Below, in pieces: positions 1 through 11,871 of a stretch of DNA of 64,000 bases. A model generated the notes under the pieces. It ran no database searches and was not told the DNA's origin. It saw nothing but the letters and a program-made list of their open reading frames with translations. Positions within the stretch are counted from its first letter, which is position 1. Every line of letters begins with the position of its first letter. A program made the translations under genes and the position numbers. Source of the stretch: a virus (taxonomy: Duplodnaviria > Heunggongvirae > Uroviricota > Caudoviricetes); IMG/VR virus record IMGVR_UViG_2718217859_000011, positions 1-64,000 of that record; one strand, given 5' to 3'.

Positions 1-588
1 TTACGTAACGTCAAACGCTCGAATTGATCCCAAATCCTCCAGTGTATTTAACGCATCTTTCATCTCACGCTGACGCTGATAAATCTCATCGTTGCGATCG
101 ACCTGCGCCTGCGCCATCGCTGCAGCCAGCCCCTCAAGTTCCAGCATCGACAGTTTCACCTTCTGATTATCAGCGTCACCCCACACCATAACATCCCGTG
201 CAGTGTAGGATTTCGCCGATATCACCACCGGATAAAGACGGGCTAGTGAGTCGGGGCCTGCGTTCCAGGTGTGACCGTTCCATTCGAACGTGAACGACAG
301 TGCTTCCTGTTCTGTACGCCATGCCTCAATTTCCCGCCTTTTGGCATCCTTTGCCGCTGCAATAAGTTCAGGCGTGACAGTGAACGGGGCGATTTCGCCC
401 CATTTCCCGCTTTGCAGCTCCTGCCAGACATGCTGGCCTGTCGGGGCCATATCATCCTGTATGGCAGTATACAGGGCGAACTCCGTTTCACCTTCAAATA
501 ACACCTCGCAGTCAACCGCACCATTTTCAAGATAATGTGCGTTTCTGATACCTTTCACCGCTCTGATTTTCATGCCTGATTTCCTCAT
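1..588 (-). CDS. tfa: tail fiber assembly protein (Tfa-like)
   Basis: 195-aa ORF directly downstream of the side tail fiber gene on the same strand, as in lambda stf-tfa; likely true start at internal Met (MKIRAVKG, ~573). Confidence 0.6.
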   Translation of the reverse strand: MRKSGMKIRAVKGIRNAHYLENGAVDCEVLFEGETEFALYTAIQDDMAPTGQHVWQELQSGKWGEIAPFTVTPELIAAAKDAKRREIEAWRTEQEALSFTFEWNGHTWNAGPDSLARLYPVVISAKSYTARDVMVWGDADNQKVKLSMLELEGLAAAMAQAQVDRNDEIYQRQREMKDALNTLEDLGSIRAFDVT

Positions 589-2684
589 TACTCAATGCGT
601 ACAAAAAGACCGATAAAGCCACGCTGAGTACCATAATTGTTACCCAGGCCCGAAAGCGCCGTGTAACGACCGGGGAAGTTGTATTCACCGGCACCGCCAA
701 TCACAACCTGCGGTGAGGATGCGTATGTCCCTGTATCACTAACCTGTGCACTCATGGCCAGAGGACCAAGACGGGAACCCGGCACAGTATCACCGAGTCC
801 CAGAGAAGCATTTTCACCAAAACTTTCTCCCTGATATACCGCCATAATCGGCACACCGACGGCCGGGTATTGGTAATATGAGAACGGACCATTACCGGCG
901 GTTGAGGACATCAGATATGCCAGGGAGTTGCCGTCATACACAATAAGGCTTGATGTTGCATTCCAGCTGTTACCACTGTAGCGATAACGCATACAATGTA
1001 TGCTGTGCTCATCCTCGTAATACTGGTTGTAGTACAGCAGCGTTTTGAATTTACGCGCCGTGTCTGATTCGTCGTTATCAGACGGTGACCACATCACATC
1101 AATGATACCGTTAAATTTCGTGGTCCCCTTCAGCAGCGTGGAGGAGTCCGCAATACTGACCGCATAACGCCCCGGGGTGACTGTCTGCAGCCATATAACG
1201 AAATCAGCCTGTCCGTTAAATGACAGAGCTTCGGCGCTGGTGAATGCCTGTCCAAACCCATACATCCCGGACAGGGCCAGCCTGCCCGGTGTGCGGTCAC
1301 GGATATCACTCTGGGGTTCCATCGTCGCAGCCGCGTTCAGCTCAAGCTCCGTGCGCATGGCTTCAGCCGTGTCATGCGCCAGTAATGCGCGGGCCTTCTC
1401 TGACAGCGGAGACAGTGAGGCATTCCCGTCCGTATTGAAGTACAGAAGATTATCTGCCCGTTGCGTCAGTGCGCTGATTGCCGTTAAGACGTCATTAAGC
1501 GGTTGTTTGCCTGCCAGCGCGTTTGTGATTGTCGTCGCAAAGTTCGGGTCATTGCCCAGCGCCGCTGCCAGCTCGTTCAGGGTGTCCAGAACTTCCGGCG
1601 ATGAGCCAACCAGCGCAGCAAGCAGTTTGCGCACAAACGCTGCGTTCGCTGCTTCCAGACCGGCGGCATCATCCGGTGGGGTTGGGGTGGTTGGGGTGCC
1701 GGTGAAGGCCGGGCTGTCCAGTGGCGCTTTTGTTTTCGTTTCGTCCATGACGGCTTTGACAGCCTTTGGCGTGGCAGCCAGTTCATCGCTGTCGTTGTCC
1801 GTATCACTACACAGTTGCACCAGACCTTTTTCTGTCGTGCTGGCATTTGTTGCATTCAGGTCATCAACTATCTGCTGCGCCTCATCCCTGTACTGTTTCG
1901 CTTCCTGCGCATTGTCTGCACCTGCATCCTGGCTGTCTTTAGCCTGTCGGGCGTATTCGGCAGCGTTATTTTCATGCCCGAGTGCAGCATTTGCTGCATT
2001 TTCCGCGCTGGTTGCAGCTGATGATGCGGCATTATGATAAAGGCGGGCACGTTCGGCGGCATCGACTGATTCATCCCGCGATGTGCCTGATGACTGTGCG
2101 CTGTTTTCTGCCTCACCCGCAAAACGTTCCGCATCATCACGGGCCGTTGCGGTTGTCGTCACATCCTGTGCCGTCTGCTGTGCGTTTCCGGCTGCAGCTT
2201 CGGCGCTCTGCTGTGTCTGATTTTTTAGCTCTTCTGCCTCATCCTTACTAACCGCCGCAGATGTTGCTGCATTGATTGCATCATCAGCAGCTGTTTCTGC
2301 TCTCTCCCTGTCACTGACCACCTGCTCAGACAAGCGAAAAACGGTATTTATCATTTCCTCAAAACGCTTCATTACCTCAGGGCGTAAATCACCCTCCTTT
2401 GGTGCATCCAGAAAAGCATTCAGCGTATCCGGCTCATCTGTCGGTGCAACATAAATTTCCCCCGCCTTTACAGGAGGATGCCCTGAGCGGGACAAAAATA
2501 CATCATAAAATCCCGGCTCAGCATTAATAGTATACCCACCATCACTTCCCGTAAGACAGGTTGCCACAATATTAACCACAACTGTCGGACTGGTTCTTCT
2601 GGCACGCAATTCAATCGCACAGTTTACGACAGGCTCACCCGCTCCGTCCTTCAGGACACCTGAAATCTTTACTGCCATATTCAC
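588..2684 (-). CDS. stf: side tail fiber protein
   Basis: 698-aa ORF; N-terminus MAVKISGVLKDG... and Ala/Ser-rich repeat region recalled as lambda Stf-like; lies after lom as in lambda. Confidence 0.85.
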   Translation of the reverse strand: MNMAVKISGVLKDGAGEPVVNCAIELRARRTSPTVVVNIVATCLTGSDGGYTINAEPGFYDVFLSRSGHPPVKAGEIYVAPTDEPDTLNAFLDAPKEGDLRPEVMKRFEEMINTVFRLSEQVVSDRERAETAADDAINAATSAAVSKDEAEELKNQTQQSAEAAAGNAQQTAQDVTTTATARDDAERFAGEAENSAQSSGTSRDESVDAAERARLYHNAASSAATSAENAANAALGHENNAAEYARQAKDSQDAGADNAQEAKQYRDEAQQIVDDLNATNASTTEKGLVQLCSDTDNDSDELAATPKAVKAVMDETKTKAPLDSPAFTGTPTTPTPPDDAAGLEAANAAFVRKLLAALVGSSPEVLDTLNELAAALGNDPNFATTITNALAGKQPLNDVLTAISALTQRADNLLYFNTDGNASLSPLSEKARALLAHDTAEAMRTELELNAAATMEPQSDIRDRTPGRLALSGMYGFGQAFTSAEALSFNGQADFVIWLQTVTPGRYAVSIADSSTLLKGTTKFNGIIDVMWSPSDNDESDTARKFKTLLYYNQYYEDEHSIHCMRYRYSGNSWNATSSLIVYDGNSLAYLMSSTAGNGPFSYYQYPAVGVPIMAVYQGESFGENASLGLGDTVPGSRLGPLAMSAQVSDTGTYASSPQVVIGGAGEYNFPGRYTALSGLGNNYGTQRGFIGLFVRIE

Positions 2685-2742
2685 CCCACAAAAAAGCCCG
2701 CCTGAACCGGCGGGCTGTCATAACACTGTGTTACCTGACTAA

Positions 2743-3342
2743 TCAGAATTTATAACCGACACCCACGATGAAACCGTCAGTGCGCCAGTCGCCACTGCCG
2801 GAGCCTTCATAAGCAATATCAATGGCCACGGATTCGGTCGGGTTAAACTGCACGCCAGCTCCCCACGCCAGAGACGTGTTGCTGTGGCGACCGTCATCAC
2901 TTCCGGTCAGCACATCGTGCGTTTTCCCCTTATTGTCAGTTACGCGGAGATAATCCCCGGAGAAAGTCGACACACGGCTGTAAGCCACACCCGCCATCGC
3001 ATACGCGCTGAACCATTCATTCACGCGCACAGACGGCCCCGCCATTACGCTGAACCAGCGGTTACGAACGGAATCTTCATGCCAGCGGGTATCACTGTAA
3101 CGGGTCAGCTGGCGATTCTTGTCTCCTGCATAGCTGAATGACGTCACCAGCCCCAGCGTGTCCGTAAATTCATAACGGTATTTCACGTTAATGCCCTTCA
3201 GGTCATCGTTTCCGGGCATATCAGTATGGGACTGAAGATACCCGCCGCTTAGTGTGGACTGATGCTCTGCTGCACTCGCTGGCGTACCAGCGGCGACCAG
3301 CCAGACTACTGCAGACAGAATAACAGCACATAATTTACGCAT
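2743..3342 (-). CDS. lom: outer membrane protein, Lom/Ail/OmpX family
   Basis: 199 aa with signal peptide (MRKLCAVILSAVVWLVAAGTPASA) and C-terminal aromatic residue typical of beta-barrels; between J and stf as in lambda. Confidence 0.8.
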   Translation of the reverse strand: MRKLCAVILSAVVWLVAAGTPASAAEHQSTLSGGYLQSHTDMPGNDDLKGINVKYRYEFTDTLGLVTSFSYAGDKNRQLTRYSDTRWHEDSVRNRWFSVMAGPSVRVNEWFSAYAMAGVAYSRVSTFSGDYLRVTDNKGKTHDVLTGSDDGRHSNTSLAWGAGVQFNPTESVAIDIAYEGSGSGDWRTDGFIVGVGYKF

Positions 3343-3409
3343 AATTACCTCTCGCTTTTCTGCAATAAAAAAGGCGCCATTTCTGGCGCCCGTATCTGGG
3401 TTATAAAAT

Positions 3410-6400
3410 TCAGCTAATCGTGATGCCTGCAGTGGCTTTCTTCATCACCACAACCAGCAAATCGCTGATACTTGCTGTGGGATACCAGTTATTTACCAGC
3501 CATGCTGACACCGAAAACTCCAGTGTCATGTGACCATGACCAGCCGGCATATCAATAACACCACTGTAAATCAGCGTATTATCCAGCGCGGTACGGTTAT
3601 AAATTTCAGCACCGTTTTTCCGCACTATCAGACGGCATGAGGAGTAAATATCAGTATGCTCTTTCTCATGTTTAGCGCCGCTGAATGCCACCGCCGGAAT
3701 AACAATCTGCCGGTCAAACGGCTGATCGTCATAAACCCTGACGGTAATGGTCCCTGATGGCCACCGTTCCGGTGCACGGGAGTCCCGGGGGAAAGCTTTG
3801 CCCACTGTTTTAACGAGATCGCCTTCAATCTGGTTGGCGGACAGTTTTCCCAGAACCCGACAGTTCTCGTTAATCGTGACGTTGTTGAGCGTCCCGGAGT
3901 TCGCATTCACGTTACCGCTGATATCGGCATTTTTCGCCGTCAGCCGCCCGTCCGGTGTCAGGGAAAATACCGGCGGATTGCCGCCGCTGGTAATGGTGGG
4001 AGCCGTCAGGCGTTTCAGGAACACGTCGTTCATGAATATCTGATCGCCCTGACCAACAAACATCGGCTTTGTGTTGCCATTCGCAGGATTAATCATCGCA
4101 ATCCTGTCTGCCGCCAGCAGCACCTGACTCTGCATACCTGCTGGCGTATTCTCAATACCGGCACCGATACCCGCAATATAAAGGCGTCCGTCCTTCATCT
4201 GTTGCAGCTTCACAGCCCACATGCTGTTCAGATTATTATTTGTATCAACCTGAACTTTCTGTATCTGCTGGATTGCCGCACTCTGATTTTCCAGTTTTTT
4301 ATTGACGGTCTGCGTGATTTCATTGCTGACATTCGTAATGGACGTCCTGATTTCAGCCAGGTCCGGCGCAAGCTGACCGTTATCAATCTGCGTCCACAAC
4401 TCCTGGGCCAGATGTGTTTTCCCGATTTCTCCTCTGAAAAAATCCAGGTAACCTTCCGCATCATCGCTCGCCCGACCGACAGCCTCCACGAATGCCGATT
4501 TGCCAATGGTGTTCACACTGCGAACGTAAAAATAATAATCATGGCCCGGTTTGATATTGATACTGGCGGCTATCCAGTACAGCGCCGTACCAAGATAGCG
4601 GGCTGTGGTTTCAACCTGCCTGATATCCGCAATCCGTTTTTCCGAGAACCAGAACTCAAACTGTACCGTCGGGTCATAAACCGCAAGATGTGGCGTGGCG
4701 GTTATCTGAAAATAGCCCGGCGTCAGCTCAATCCGCGACGGCGCTGCCGGTGCGGCAATCCGGAACGATACCGACGCCGGATCGCCCTGCTGCCCCCACG
4801 CATTTACTGCCCGGACTGTCAGCCTGTAGTTCCCCAGAGCCAGTTGTGTGAAGCGGTAAGTGGTTTCCGTCGTCCGGGCCGTGCTGACCAGCCGCTCACG
4901 GCCGTCATCCGCTGCCACGGTCAGGCGAAGCAGGAAGCTCACGCCCTTCACCACCTTCGGCGTGTCCCAGCGGGCCAGCACCTGGTATTCCCCGCTGTCT
5001 GCGGTGACTTCTGCGGTCAGGTGCTGCACCGCTGGCGGCGTGACACCATTTACCGTGCCGCTCTGGTCGCCGTCAAAGTGCGCCCCGTTATCCACGATGG
5101 CCTCTTTTTCCGGTACATGCTGCACGGCGGTGATGGCATACGTGCCGTCGTCGTTCTCACGGATACTCACGCAGCGGAACAGGCGCTGGCGCAACGTCGG
5201 CAGCTTCAGCCCCCATACGCTGTATTCAGCAACGCCGTCAGGAACACGGCTCACTTTCACCTTCACGCCGTCGGTGACGGACTGAACCTCCACGCTGACC
5301 GGACTCCCCTGCCCGTCAACCAGGCTTATCAGCGTGGTGCCGGAAGATGGCAGCGTGATTTCACGGTCGAGCGTCAGCGTCCGGGTCTGGCTGTTTACCG
5401 CCAGCACGCGCCCGCCGGTGCGGATACCGGCATAGTCATCATCGCAGATTTCAATGACATCGCCCGGTACATGGCGAAGCCCTTCGGCACCCACGCTGAA
5501 GTCCACGGTCTGCGTTTCCAGCAGTTCTGTTTTAATCAGCCACAGCCCGGCGCGGTGTGCCTGCCCCCGGCTGGTACAGCCAAAAGCATCCATCTTCGTG
5601 ACGTTACGACCGTAACGGGCAATGGCCTGCGTGTCCTCCACAAGCTCTGTCGCCGTCTCCCAGCCGTTATTCGGGTCAATCCAGTTCACCTCAACGGCAT
5701 TATGGCGGTCCTTCAGGGCGCTGAAGCTGTAGCGGAACGGCGCACCATCAACCGGCATCACCACATTACTGCGGTTATAGGTCCACACCTTATCCGACGG
5801 TCGGTCCTGCACGAACGTCAGCGTCTGCCCGTTCCATACCGGCATACAGCGCATCGCAGAGCAGAAATCACTGAGCACATCCCACGCCTTGCGCTGTGTG
5901 GTCAGGTACGCATTACAGGTGATGCGCGGCTCCGTGCCGCCAAAACCGTCCGGCACCGACTGATCGCAATGCTGGCCGATGACATACAGCGCCCATTTGT
6001 CCACATCCGCCGCACCAAGACGTTTCCCCATGCCGTAGCGCGGATGGGTCAGCATATCCCACAGACACCAGGCCATGTTGTTGCTGTATGCTGGCTTAAA
6101 CGTTCCGTCCCAGATACCGCTGTATTGCCGCGTCTGCGGGTTATAGTTCGACGGCACCTGCAGAATGCGCCCGCGCAGATGATAATTACGGCTCACCTGC
6201 TGGCTGCCGAACTGCTCCGAATCCACCTGCACGCCGACCAGTGCCGTGTTCGGGTAGCACTGTTTCACATCGATGATTTCGGTGTATGACGACCAGAGCG
6301 TTTTGTTCTGCAGCTGGTCTGTGGTGCTGTCCGGCGTCATCCTGCGCATCCGTATATTGAACGGGCGCGGCGGCAGGTTACCCACCACCACCGAGGCCAG

Positions 6401-6889
6401 ATACTGCGAGGTGGTTTTGCCCTTAATGGTGATGTCTTTTTCCGTCACCCAGCCACCATTACGCTGGATCTGAACCAGCAGGCGGACTTCCGACGGATTC
6501 CGGTCCCCCTTTGAGGTGGTTTCCACTAGTGCCTGCACGCCGAAGGTAAAGCGCAGACGGTCGATGTTTGCAGACGTAATGGTGCGGGTGATCGGCGTGT
6601 CATATTTCACTTCCGTACCCAGCACCGTCTCGGAGCCGGAGGATTCAAACCCCTCCGGCGGTGTCTGCTCCTGCTCACCGGCACGGAACACCACCGTGAC
6701 ACCGGAGATGTTGGTATTCCCCTCAGTGTCCAGCACCGGCGTACTGTTCAGCAGCACGCTTTTTAATCCATCCACCGGACCTTCAACCGGCCCTTCGCTG
6801 ATGGCATCGATCACACTCAGCAACTGCGTGGACTTCAGGTTGTCCTTCGCTTCGCGCGGGGTATGCCCCTTACTGCTTCCTTTACCCAT
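3410..6889 (-). CDS. J: host specificity / central tail fiber protein J
   Basis: 1159-aa ORF after tail assembly gene I; size and synteny match lambda J. Confidence 0.9.
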   Translation of the reverse strand: MGKGSSKGHTPREAKDNLKSTQLLSVIDAISEGPVEGPVDGLKSVLLNSTPVLDTEGNTNISGVTVVFRAGEQEQTPPEGFESSGSETVLGTEVKYDTPITRTITSANIDRLRFTFGVQALVETTSKGDRNPSEVRLLVQIQRNGGWVTEKDITIKGKTTSQYLASVVVGNLPPRPFNIRMRRMTPDSTTDQLQNKTLWSSYTEIIDVKQCYPNTALVGVQVDSEQFGSQQVSRNYHLRGRILQVPSNYNPQTRQYSGIWDGTFKPAYSNNMAWCLWDMLTHPRYGMGKRLGAADVDKWALYVIGQHCDQSVPDGFGGTEPRITCNAYLTTQRKAWDVLSDFCSAMRCMPVWNGQTLTFVQDRPSDKVWTYNRSNVVMPVDGAPFRYSFSALKDRHNAVEVNWIDPNNGWETATELVEDTQAIARYGRNVTKMDAFGCTSRGQAHRAGLWLIKTELLETQTVDFSVGAEGLRHVPGDVIEICDDDYAGIRTGGRVLAVNSQTRTLTLDREITLPSSGTTLISLVDGQGSPVSVEVQSVTDGVKVKVSRVPDGVAEYSVWGLKLPTLRQRLFRCVSIRENDDGTYAITAVQHVPEKEAIVDNGAHFDGDQSGTVNGVTPPAVQHLTAEVTADSGEYQVLARWDTPKVVKGVSFLLRLTVAADDGRERLVSTARTTETTYRFTQLALGNYRLTVRAVNAWGQQGDPASVSFRIAAPAAPSRIELTPGYFQITATPHLAVYDPTVQFEFWFSEKRIADIRQVETTARYLGTALYWIAASINIKPGHDYYFYVRSVNTIGKSAFVEAVGRASDDAEGYLDFFRGEIGKTHLAQELWTQIDNGQLAPDLAEIRTSITNVSNEITQTVNKKLENQSAAIQQIQKVQVDTNNNLNSMWAVKLQQMKDGRLYIAGIGAGIENTPAGMQSQVLLAADRIAMINPANGNTKPMFVGQGDQIFMNDVFLKRLTAPTITSGGNPPVFSLTPDGRLTAKNADISGNVNANSGTLNNVTINENCRVLGKLSANQIEGDLVKTVGKAFPRDSRAPERWPSGTITVRVYDDQPFDRQIVIPAVAFSGAKHEKEHTDIYSSCRLIVRKNGAEIYNRTALDNTLIYSGVIDMPAGHGHMTLEFSVSAWLVNNWYPTASISDLLVVVMKKATAGITIS

Positions 6890-6949
6890 TCCTCACGCTC
6901 CATAAATGACAAAACCGCCCGCAGGCGGTTTCACATAAAACATTTTGCA

Positions 6950-7621
6950 TCAGCGACCAATCACCACAACCTGACCACCGTCCCCTTCGTCTGCCGTGCT
7001 GATCTCCTGAGAAACCACGCGAGACCCCACGCGCATTTCCCCGTACAGAACAGGCAGAACATTGCCCTGGGCAACCATGTTATCCAGTGAGGAGAAATAG
7101 GTGTTCTGCTTACCGTTATCCGTTGTCTGTGTACGGGGAGTTCTGGCTTTCGGTGCCAGCATCTGCGCCACACCACCGAGCACCATACTGGCACCGAGAG
7201 AAAACAGGATGCCGGTCATACCACCGGCCCCAATGGCTGCCCCCCATGCTGCAAGGGTGGCTCCGGCGGTAAAGAATGATCCGGCAATGGCGGCAGCCCC
7301 CAGGACAATCTGGAATACGCCACCTGACTTGGCCCCGGCGACTCTGGGAACAATATGAATCACAGCGCCATCAGGCAGAGTCTCATGTAACTGCGCCGTT
7401 AACCCGGACGTGCTGACGTCCCGCCCGGCAATCCGTACCTGATACCAGCCGTCGCTCAGTTTCTGACGAAACGCCGGGAGCTGTGTGGCCAGTGCCCGGA
7501 TGGCTTCAGCCCCCGTTTTCACACGAAGGTCGATGCGGCGACCAAATCGTTGTAAATCCCCGTAAAGGCAGATGCGCGCCATGCCCGGTGACGCCAGAGG
7601 GAGTGTGTGCGTCGCTGCCAT
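6950..7621 (-). CDS. I: tail assembly protein I
   Basis: 223 aa; N-terminus MAATHTLPLASPGMARICLYGDLQRF recalled as lambda I; synteny K-I-J. Confidence 0.85.
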   Translation of the reverse strand: MAATHTLPLASPGMARICLYGDLQRFGRRIDLRVKTGAEAIRALATQLPAFRQKLSDGWYQVRIAGRDVSTSGLTAQLHETLPDGAVIHIVPRVAGAKSGGVFQIVLGAAAIAGSFFTAGATLAAWGAAIGAGGMTGILFSLGASMVLGGVAQMLAPKARTPRTQTTDNGKQNTYFSSLDNMVAQGNVLPVLYGEMRVGSRVVSQEISTADEGDGGQVVVIGR

Positions 7622-8262
7622 TTGTCGGTGTACCTCTCTCGTTTGCTCAGTTGTTCAGGAATATGGTGCAGCAGCTCGCCGTCGCCGCAGTAAATTGCGG
7701 CGTGATTCGGCACTGATGAACCAAAACAGCACAGCAGCACATCGCCCGGCTGTGCCGCTGACAACGGCACCTGATACAGCCCCGTCGCCTCCAGATTATC
7801 CAGATAGAGATTCTGGCCGTTACGCCACCAGTCATCCTCACGATAAAAGTCCGGCATCTCAATCCCCGCCAGATGATAAGCATCCCGGAACAGTGTGTAA
7901 CAGTCCGTCACACCGTGCTCAAAGCGCCGCCCGGTGAGATGCGGCACACAGCGGAACTTATGAATCGTCCCCCGGCAGACCAGCCACCACGGCAAATCAC
8001 TCTGCACCTGCAGCCGCCGGTCGGCCTCACTCAGCCAGGGCAGACCACCGGGGTGGCTGTGGACCAGCGCCACAATCTCACCCTGCATTTCTGCCTGCAG
8101 CCAGTCTTCCGGCGACATACGGAAATACGCCTCCGGCTCACCGGAGATATTCACGCAGGGAAAATATCTTTCCCCCTCCGGCGTGCTTACCACGAAGCCG
8201 CACGACTCCGCTGGCGCACATCGCCGGGCGTGCGCCAGAATCGCTGATTCTGTCTGTGTCAT
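7519..8262 (-). CDS. K: tail assembly protein K (NlpC/P60-MPN type)
   Basis: ORF between L and I in lambda order; HSHP motif consistent with MPN/JAB; start may be internal to the tracked ORF. Confidence 0.8.
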   Translation of the reverse strand: MTQTESAILAHARRCAPAESCGFVVSTPEGERYFPCVNISGEPEAYFRMSPEDWLQAEMQGEIVALVHSHPGGLPWLSEADRRLQVQSDLPWWLVCRGTIHKFRCVPHLTGRRFEHGVTDCYTLFRDAYHLAGIEMPDFYREDDWWRNGQNLYLDNLEATGLYQVPLSAAQPGDVLLCCFGSSVPNHAAIYCGDGELLHHIPEQLSKRERYTDKWQRRTHSLWRHRAWRASAFTGIYNDLVAASTFV

Positions 8263-8267
8263 GGGAT

Positions 8268-8966
8268 TTACTGCGAAAGTTTGTTAATGGAAAGGAAGCC
8301 GCCAAAGTTGCCGACGTTATTGCGGAACTTACAACCGCTCAGGCATTTGCTGCATTTATCCTTCGTGATATCGGACGTTGGCTGGTCATATTCATCCGCG
8401 ACAGCCGGACCGCTATAACCGCACTCGTCACCGCGATAGGTCCAGGTGCAGGTGTTGGCCAGCATGATACGTCCCGGAAAAACAGCGCCATCCGTTTCCG
8501 TCGGCGTGGACAGTACAAAGGAGGCACTCACCGCGCTCAGTTCGCTGCACTGCTCAATGCGCCAGCGGCTGATCACCTCCTGCTCCGGATCGGCGTAACT
8601 GTTTCCGTTGACGAAGTTCACCGCATCCAGAAAACGGGCGTAAACCTTACGCCGGACCACCGTTCCGCCGACCAGACTCTGCATATCTTCCGCCATCCCG
8701 GTGACCATACCGTACAGGTTAGAAACCGTCAGCGTGGGGCGCGTACTGGTGCCTTTGCCATTCAGTTCAAAACCGCTCCCCTGAATGGGATACGGCTGAT
8801 ACTGTCGCCCCTGCCAGGTGACCGGCTCACCTTTTTCGTTCTGCTCATTACAGAAAAAATAACGTTCTCCACCGACCTCTGTCAGGTCGATTTCCCAGAG
8901 CACCACGCTGGCCGACTGCTCCGCACGGGTGCATTCATTCAGTGTTTCCTGCCGGATATCCTGCAT
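8268..8966 (-). CDS. L: minor tail protein L
   Basis: 232 aa; position between M and K; Cys-rich C-terminus as in lambda L. Confidence 0.85.
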   Translation of the reverse strand: MQDIRQETLNECTRAEQSASVVLWEIDLTEVGGERYFFCNEQNEKGEPVTWQGRQYQPYPIQGSGFELNGKGTSTRPTLTVSNLYGMVTGMAEDMQSLVGGTVVRRKVYARFLDAVNFVNGNSYADPEQEVISRWRIEQCSELSAVSASFVLSTPTETDGAVFPGRIMLANTCTWTYRGDECGYSGPAVADEYDQPTSDITKDKCSKCLSGCKFRNNVGNFGGFLSINKLSQ

Positions 8967-9295
8967 CAGTTCACCACCTGTTCAAACTCTGCGCTGAACT
9001 CAACACGCAACATACTGACCCGCGACGACCATTTTGCGCAGGTCACCTTTATCTGCCGCCACTCATAAGGCGGCGTCCACAGAAAGGATTTCCAGCCCCC
9101 GTGCTCTTCCAGAAACGACTCCAGTACCGTGGCCTCCTCACGGGGGACAGAAAGCGTCACGCTGTACGTTTTCAGGTTGGCATTCAGCCCGGCAGGCGCT
9201 CGCTGAGAATAGCCATCACCAAAGCGCACCTTTCTTACAGAAGGGACCGAAGCCACATCCATACCGGGTTTCACTTTCCAGCGGAAGGTTTTCAT
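8966..9295 (-). CDS. M: minor tail protein M
   Basis: 109 aa; start overlaps H stop; lambda synteny H-M-L. Confidence 0.85.
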   Translation of the reverse strand: MKTFRWKVKPGMDVASVPSVRKVRFGDGYSQRAPAGLNANLKTYSVTLSVPREEATVLESFLEEHGGWKSFLWTPPYEWRQIKVTCAKWSSRVSMLRVEFSAEFEQVVN

Positions 9296-11871
9296 CGTCC
9301 ACCTCCGGAGAACAGACCACCATCGCGCATCTGCCCGGTCACAACATCCATTGCCGCCTTACGGGCTACGTCATAAACCGCCTTCAGCGCCTGTGGCCCT
9401 ATCTGACCGTTCGTGCCGTCGTTGTTAATCACCACATGGTTATTCTGCTCAAACTTCCCGGACGCCTGCGAGCGGCTGTCCGCCATGCTGCCCGGTGTAC
9501 CGACATAACCGCCGGTGGCATAGCCGCGCATCAGCCGGTAGAGATTTCCCACGCCAATCCGGCTGGTTGCCTCCTTCGTGAAGACAAATTCACCACGGTG
9601 AACAATCCCCGCTGGCTCATATTTGCCGCCGGTTCCCGTAAATCCCCCGGTCGCAAAATGGAATTTCGCCGCAGCGGCCTGAATGGCTGTACCGCCTGAC
9701 GCGGATGCGCCGCCACCAACAGCCCCGCCAATGGCGCTGCCGATACTCCCGCCAATCCCCACCATTGCCTGCTTAAGCAGAATTTCTGTCATCATGGACA
9801 GCACGGAACGGGTGAAGCTGCGCCAGTTCTGTTCACTGCCGGTCAGCATCGCCGCCATATTCTGTGCAATACCATCAAAGGTCTGCGTGGCAGCACTTTT
9901 AACCTGCGACATACTGTCCGTGGCGCTCTCTTTCCACTCGCTCCAGCCGGACCTGAGGCCTGCCATCCAGCTCCCGCGAAGCAGGTCTTCAGCCGCCCAG
10001 GTCTTTTTCTGCTCTGACATGACGTTATTCAGCGCCAGAGGATTATCGCCATACTGTTCCTTCAGGCGCTGTTCCGTGGCTTCCCGTTCTGCCTGCCGGT
10101 CAGTCAGCCCCCGGCTTTTCGCATCAATGGCGGCCCGTTTTGCCCGTTGCTGCTGTGCGAATTTATCCGCCTGCTGCGCCAGCGTGTTCAGGCGCCCCTG
10201 ATACGTAACCTTGTCACCAAGTGCAGCCAGCTGGCGTTTGTACTCCAGCGTCTCGTCTTTATGCGCCAGCAGGGATTTCTCCTGTACAGACAGCTGGCGA
10301 CGTTGCGCCGCCTCCTCCAGTACCGCGAACTGACTCTCCGCCTTCCACAAATCCCGGCGCTGCTGGCTGATTTTCTCATTCGCTCCGGCATGCTTCTCCA
10401 GCGTCCGGAGTTCTGCCTGAAGCGTCAGCAGGGCTGCATGCGCCCGGTCTTCCTGACGCTCCCCGGCTGACACTTTGACACCTGACGACTTCGGTTTTTT
10501 CAGCGTCGATTCATAATCCTTTTTCGCCGCCGCCATCAGCGTGTTGTAATCCGCCTGCAGGATTTTCCCGTCTTTCAGGGCATTATTCAGCTCTTCCTGC
10601 CGGTCAGTATATTTCTCCAGTGGCGTCAGCAGGCGCTCATACGCCTTCTGCGCCTCTCCGGTATACTTCAGCTGTGACGCCTCACGCTCAGCCCGGTCCC
10701 TTGCCACCAGTTCACCGGCTTTTTCCATATCCGACTGCAGCGTGGCTGCCGCCAGCCCCAGACGGGCATTTTCACGGTCATCCCATGCACCCTGAAGGTT
10801 GGCACGGAAAGAGGAGGTCTTTCCCCGGCGCTGACTCCGGCTCTGGTACCACTGCCATTTTTTATCCGCCTCATCAAATGCCTTCTGCGCACTGGCGAGC
10901 ATATCCGCTGAGGATTCAGGACGACCGATATCCAGGATGGCATCCCACATCAATTTGAATGCCTTCCCGGTTTTATCCGCCCAGGTTTCCAGCGTCCCCA
11001 TGTTTTCTTTCAGGCGACGGGTCTGCTCATCAAAGCCTTTTGTGGCGATATCGTTCGCCGCCTGTAAGGCCCCTGCCTCATCCCCCGAACGCTGCAGCTG
11101 CGCAACATACGCAATCTGCTCTGCCGTCACGTTACGGAACTGGCGCGCCATAGCCATCAGTCCCGACGTCGGGTCGGTGGTCAGCTTTCCAAAAGCCTCT
11201 GCAACCTTGTCCACTTCCACACCGGATGCAGAAGCAAAACGCGCCACACTCTGGTTGATGGCATCAAACTGTTCACCACCACGCACACCGGCATTCACCA
11301 GGGCTGCCAGTGACTCGCTCGCCTGGTTAAACGTCAGCCCTGCTGCCTGTCCGGCTCTGGAGAGCGTCAGCATGCGATCGGCAGTCAGTCCGGACTGATT
11401 ACCGGAAAGAACCAGGGTTTTATTAAACGCTGAAAGCGTGGAATCCCCCTGGTACCAGGCATACGCCAGCGCACCTGTCGCCACCGCCAGCGAGGTGACC
11501 CCGACCATCGGCAGGGTGATCGCACCGGCAAGCCCCCTGAACATGGGGATCATCCCGCCGAAGGCGTCCTTCACCTGACCGCCCTGTTGCAGCAGGATCA
11601 GCCAGGGATTCTGACCACCGGCAAGCTGCGTGGCGATATCCGTAAACTGTGCAGGCAGGGTACGCATGGCCGCTTTATACTGCCCGACGGAAATCCCGGC
11701 TTTTTGTGCAGCCAGCGCCTGACGGCTCAGGCCCTGTTCAACAGCACTGGCGGTTTTTCTGGCGTCGGTATCCAGTCCTGAAAAATGACGCCTTACCCGG
11801 CTTATCTGCTCATCGAAACGGACCGCATCCAGACTCAGGTCAATAACAAGATCACCAACCGGCTGGGACAT
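9292..11871 (-). CDS. H: tail tape measure protein H
   Basis: 859-aa Ala/Gln-rich coiled-coil ORF downstream of the G/T chaperone pair; size close to lambda H. Confidence 0.9.
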   Translation of the reverse strand: MSQPVGDLVIDLSLDAVRFDEQISRVRRHFSGLDTDARKTASAVEQGLSRQALAAQKAGISVGQYKAAMRTLPAQFTDIATQLAGGQNPWLILLQQGGQVKDAFGGMIPMFRGLAGAITLPMVGVTSLAVATGALAYAWYQGDSTLSAFNKTLVLSGNQSGLTADRMLTLSRAGQAAGLTFNQASESLAALVNAGVRGGEQFDAINQSVARFASASGVEVDKVAEAFGKLTTDPTSGLMAMARQFRNVTAEQIAYVAQLQRSGDEAGALQAANDIATKGFDEQTRRLKENMGTLETWADKTGKAFKLMWDAILDIGRPESSADMLASAQKAFDEADKKWQWYQSRSQRRGKTSSFRANLQGAWDDRENARLGLAAATLQSDMEKAGELVARDRAEREASQLKYTGEAQKAYERLLTPLEKYTDRQEELNNALKDGKILQADYNTLMAAAKKDYESTLKKPKSSGVKVSAGERQEDRAHAALLTLQAELRTLEKHAGANEKISQQRRDLWKAESQFAVLEEAAQRRQLSVQEKSLLAHKDETLEYKRQLAALGDKVTYQGRLNTLAQQADKFAQQQRAKRAAIDAKSRGLTDRQAEREATEQRLKEQYGDNPLALNNVMSEQKKTWAAEDLLRGSWMAGLRSGWSEWKESATDSMSQVKSAATQTFDGIAQNMAAMLTGSEQNWRSFTRSVLSMMTEILLKQAMVGIGGSIGSAIGGAVGGGASASGGTAIQAAAAKFHFATGGFTGTGGKYEPAGIVHRGEFVFTKEATSRIGVGNLYRLMRGYATGGYVGTPGSMADSRSQASGKFEQNNHVVINNDGTNGQIGPQALKAVYDVARKAAMDVVTGQMRDGGLFSGGGR

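Noticed and set aside
4202-6289. 695-aa plus-strand ORF antisense to gene J, and similar long antisense ORFs (1177..2037, 9034..9699, 10937..11398, 52140..53186, 56598..57749, 50532..51176)
   Set aside because: Lie entirely inside well-supported structural genes on the opposite strand; Arg/Pro/His-rich low-complexity translations typical of antisense frames in GC-rich coding DNA; no RBS or synteny support.
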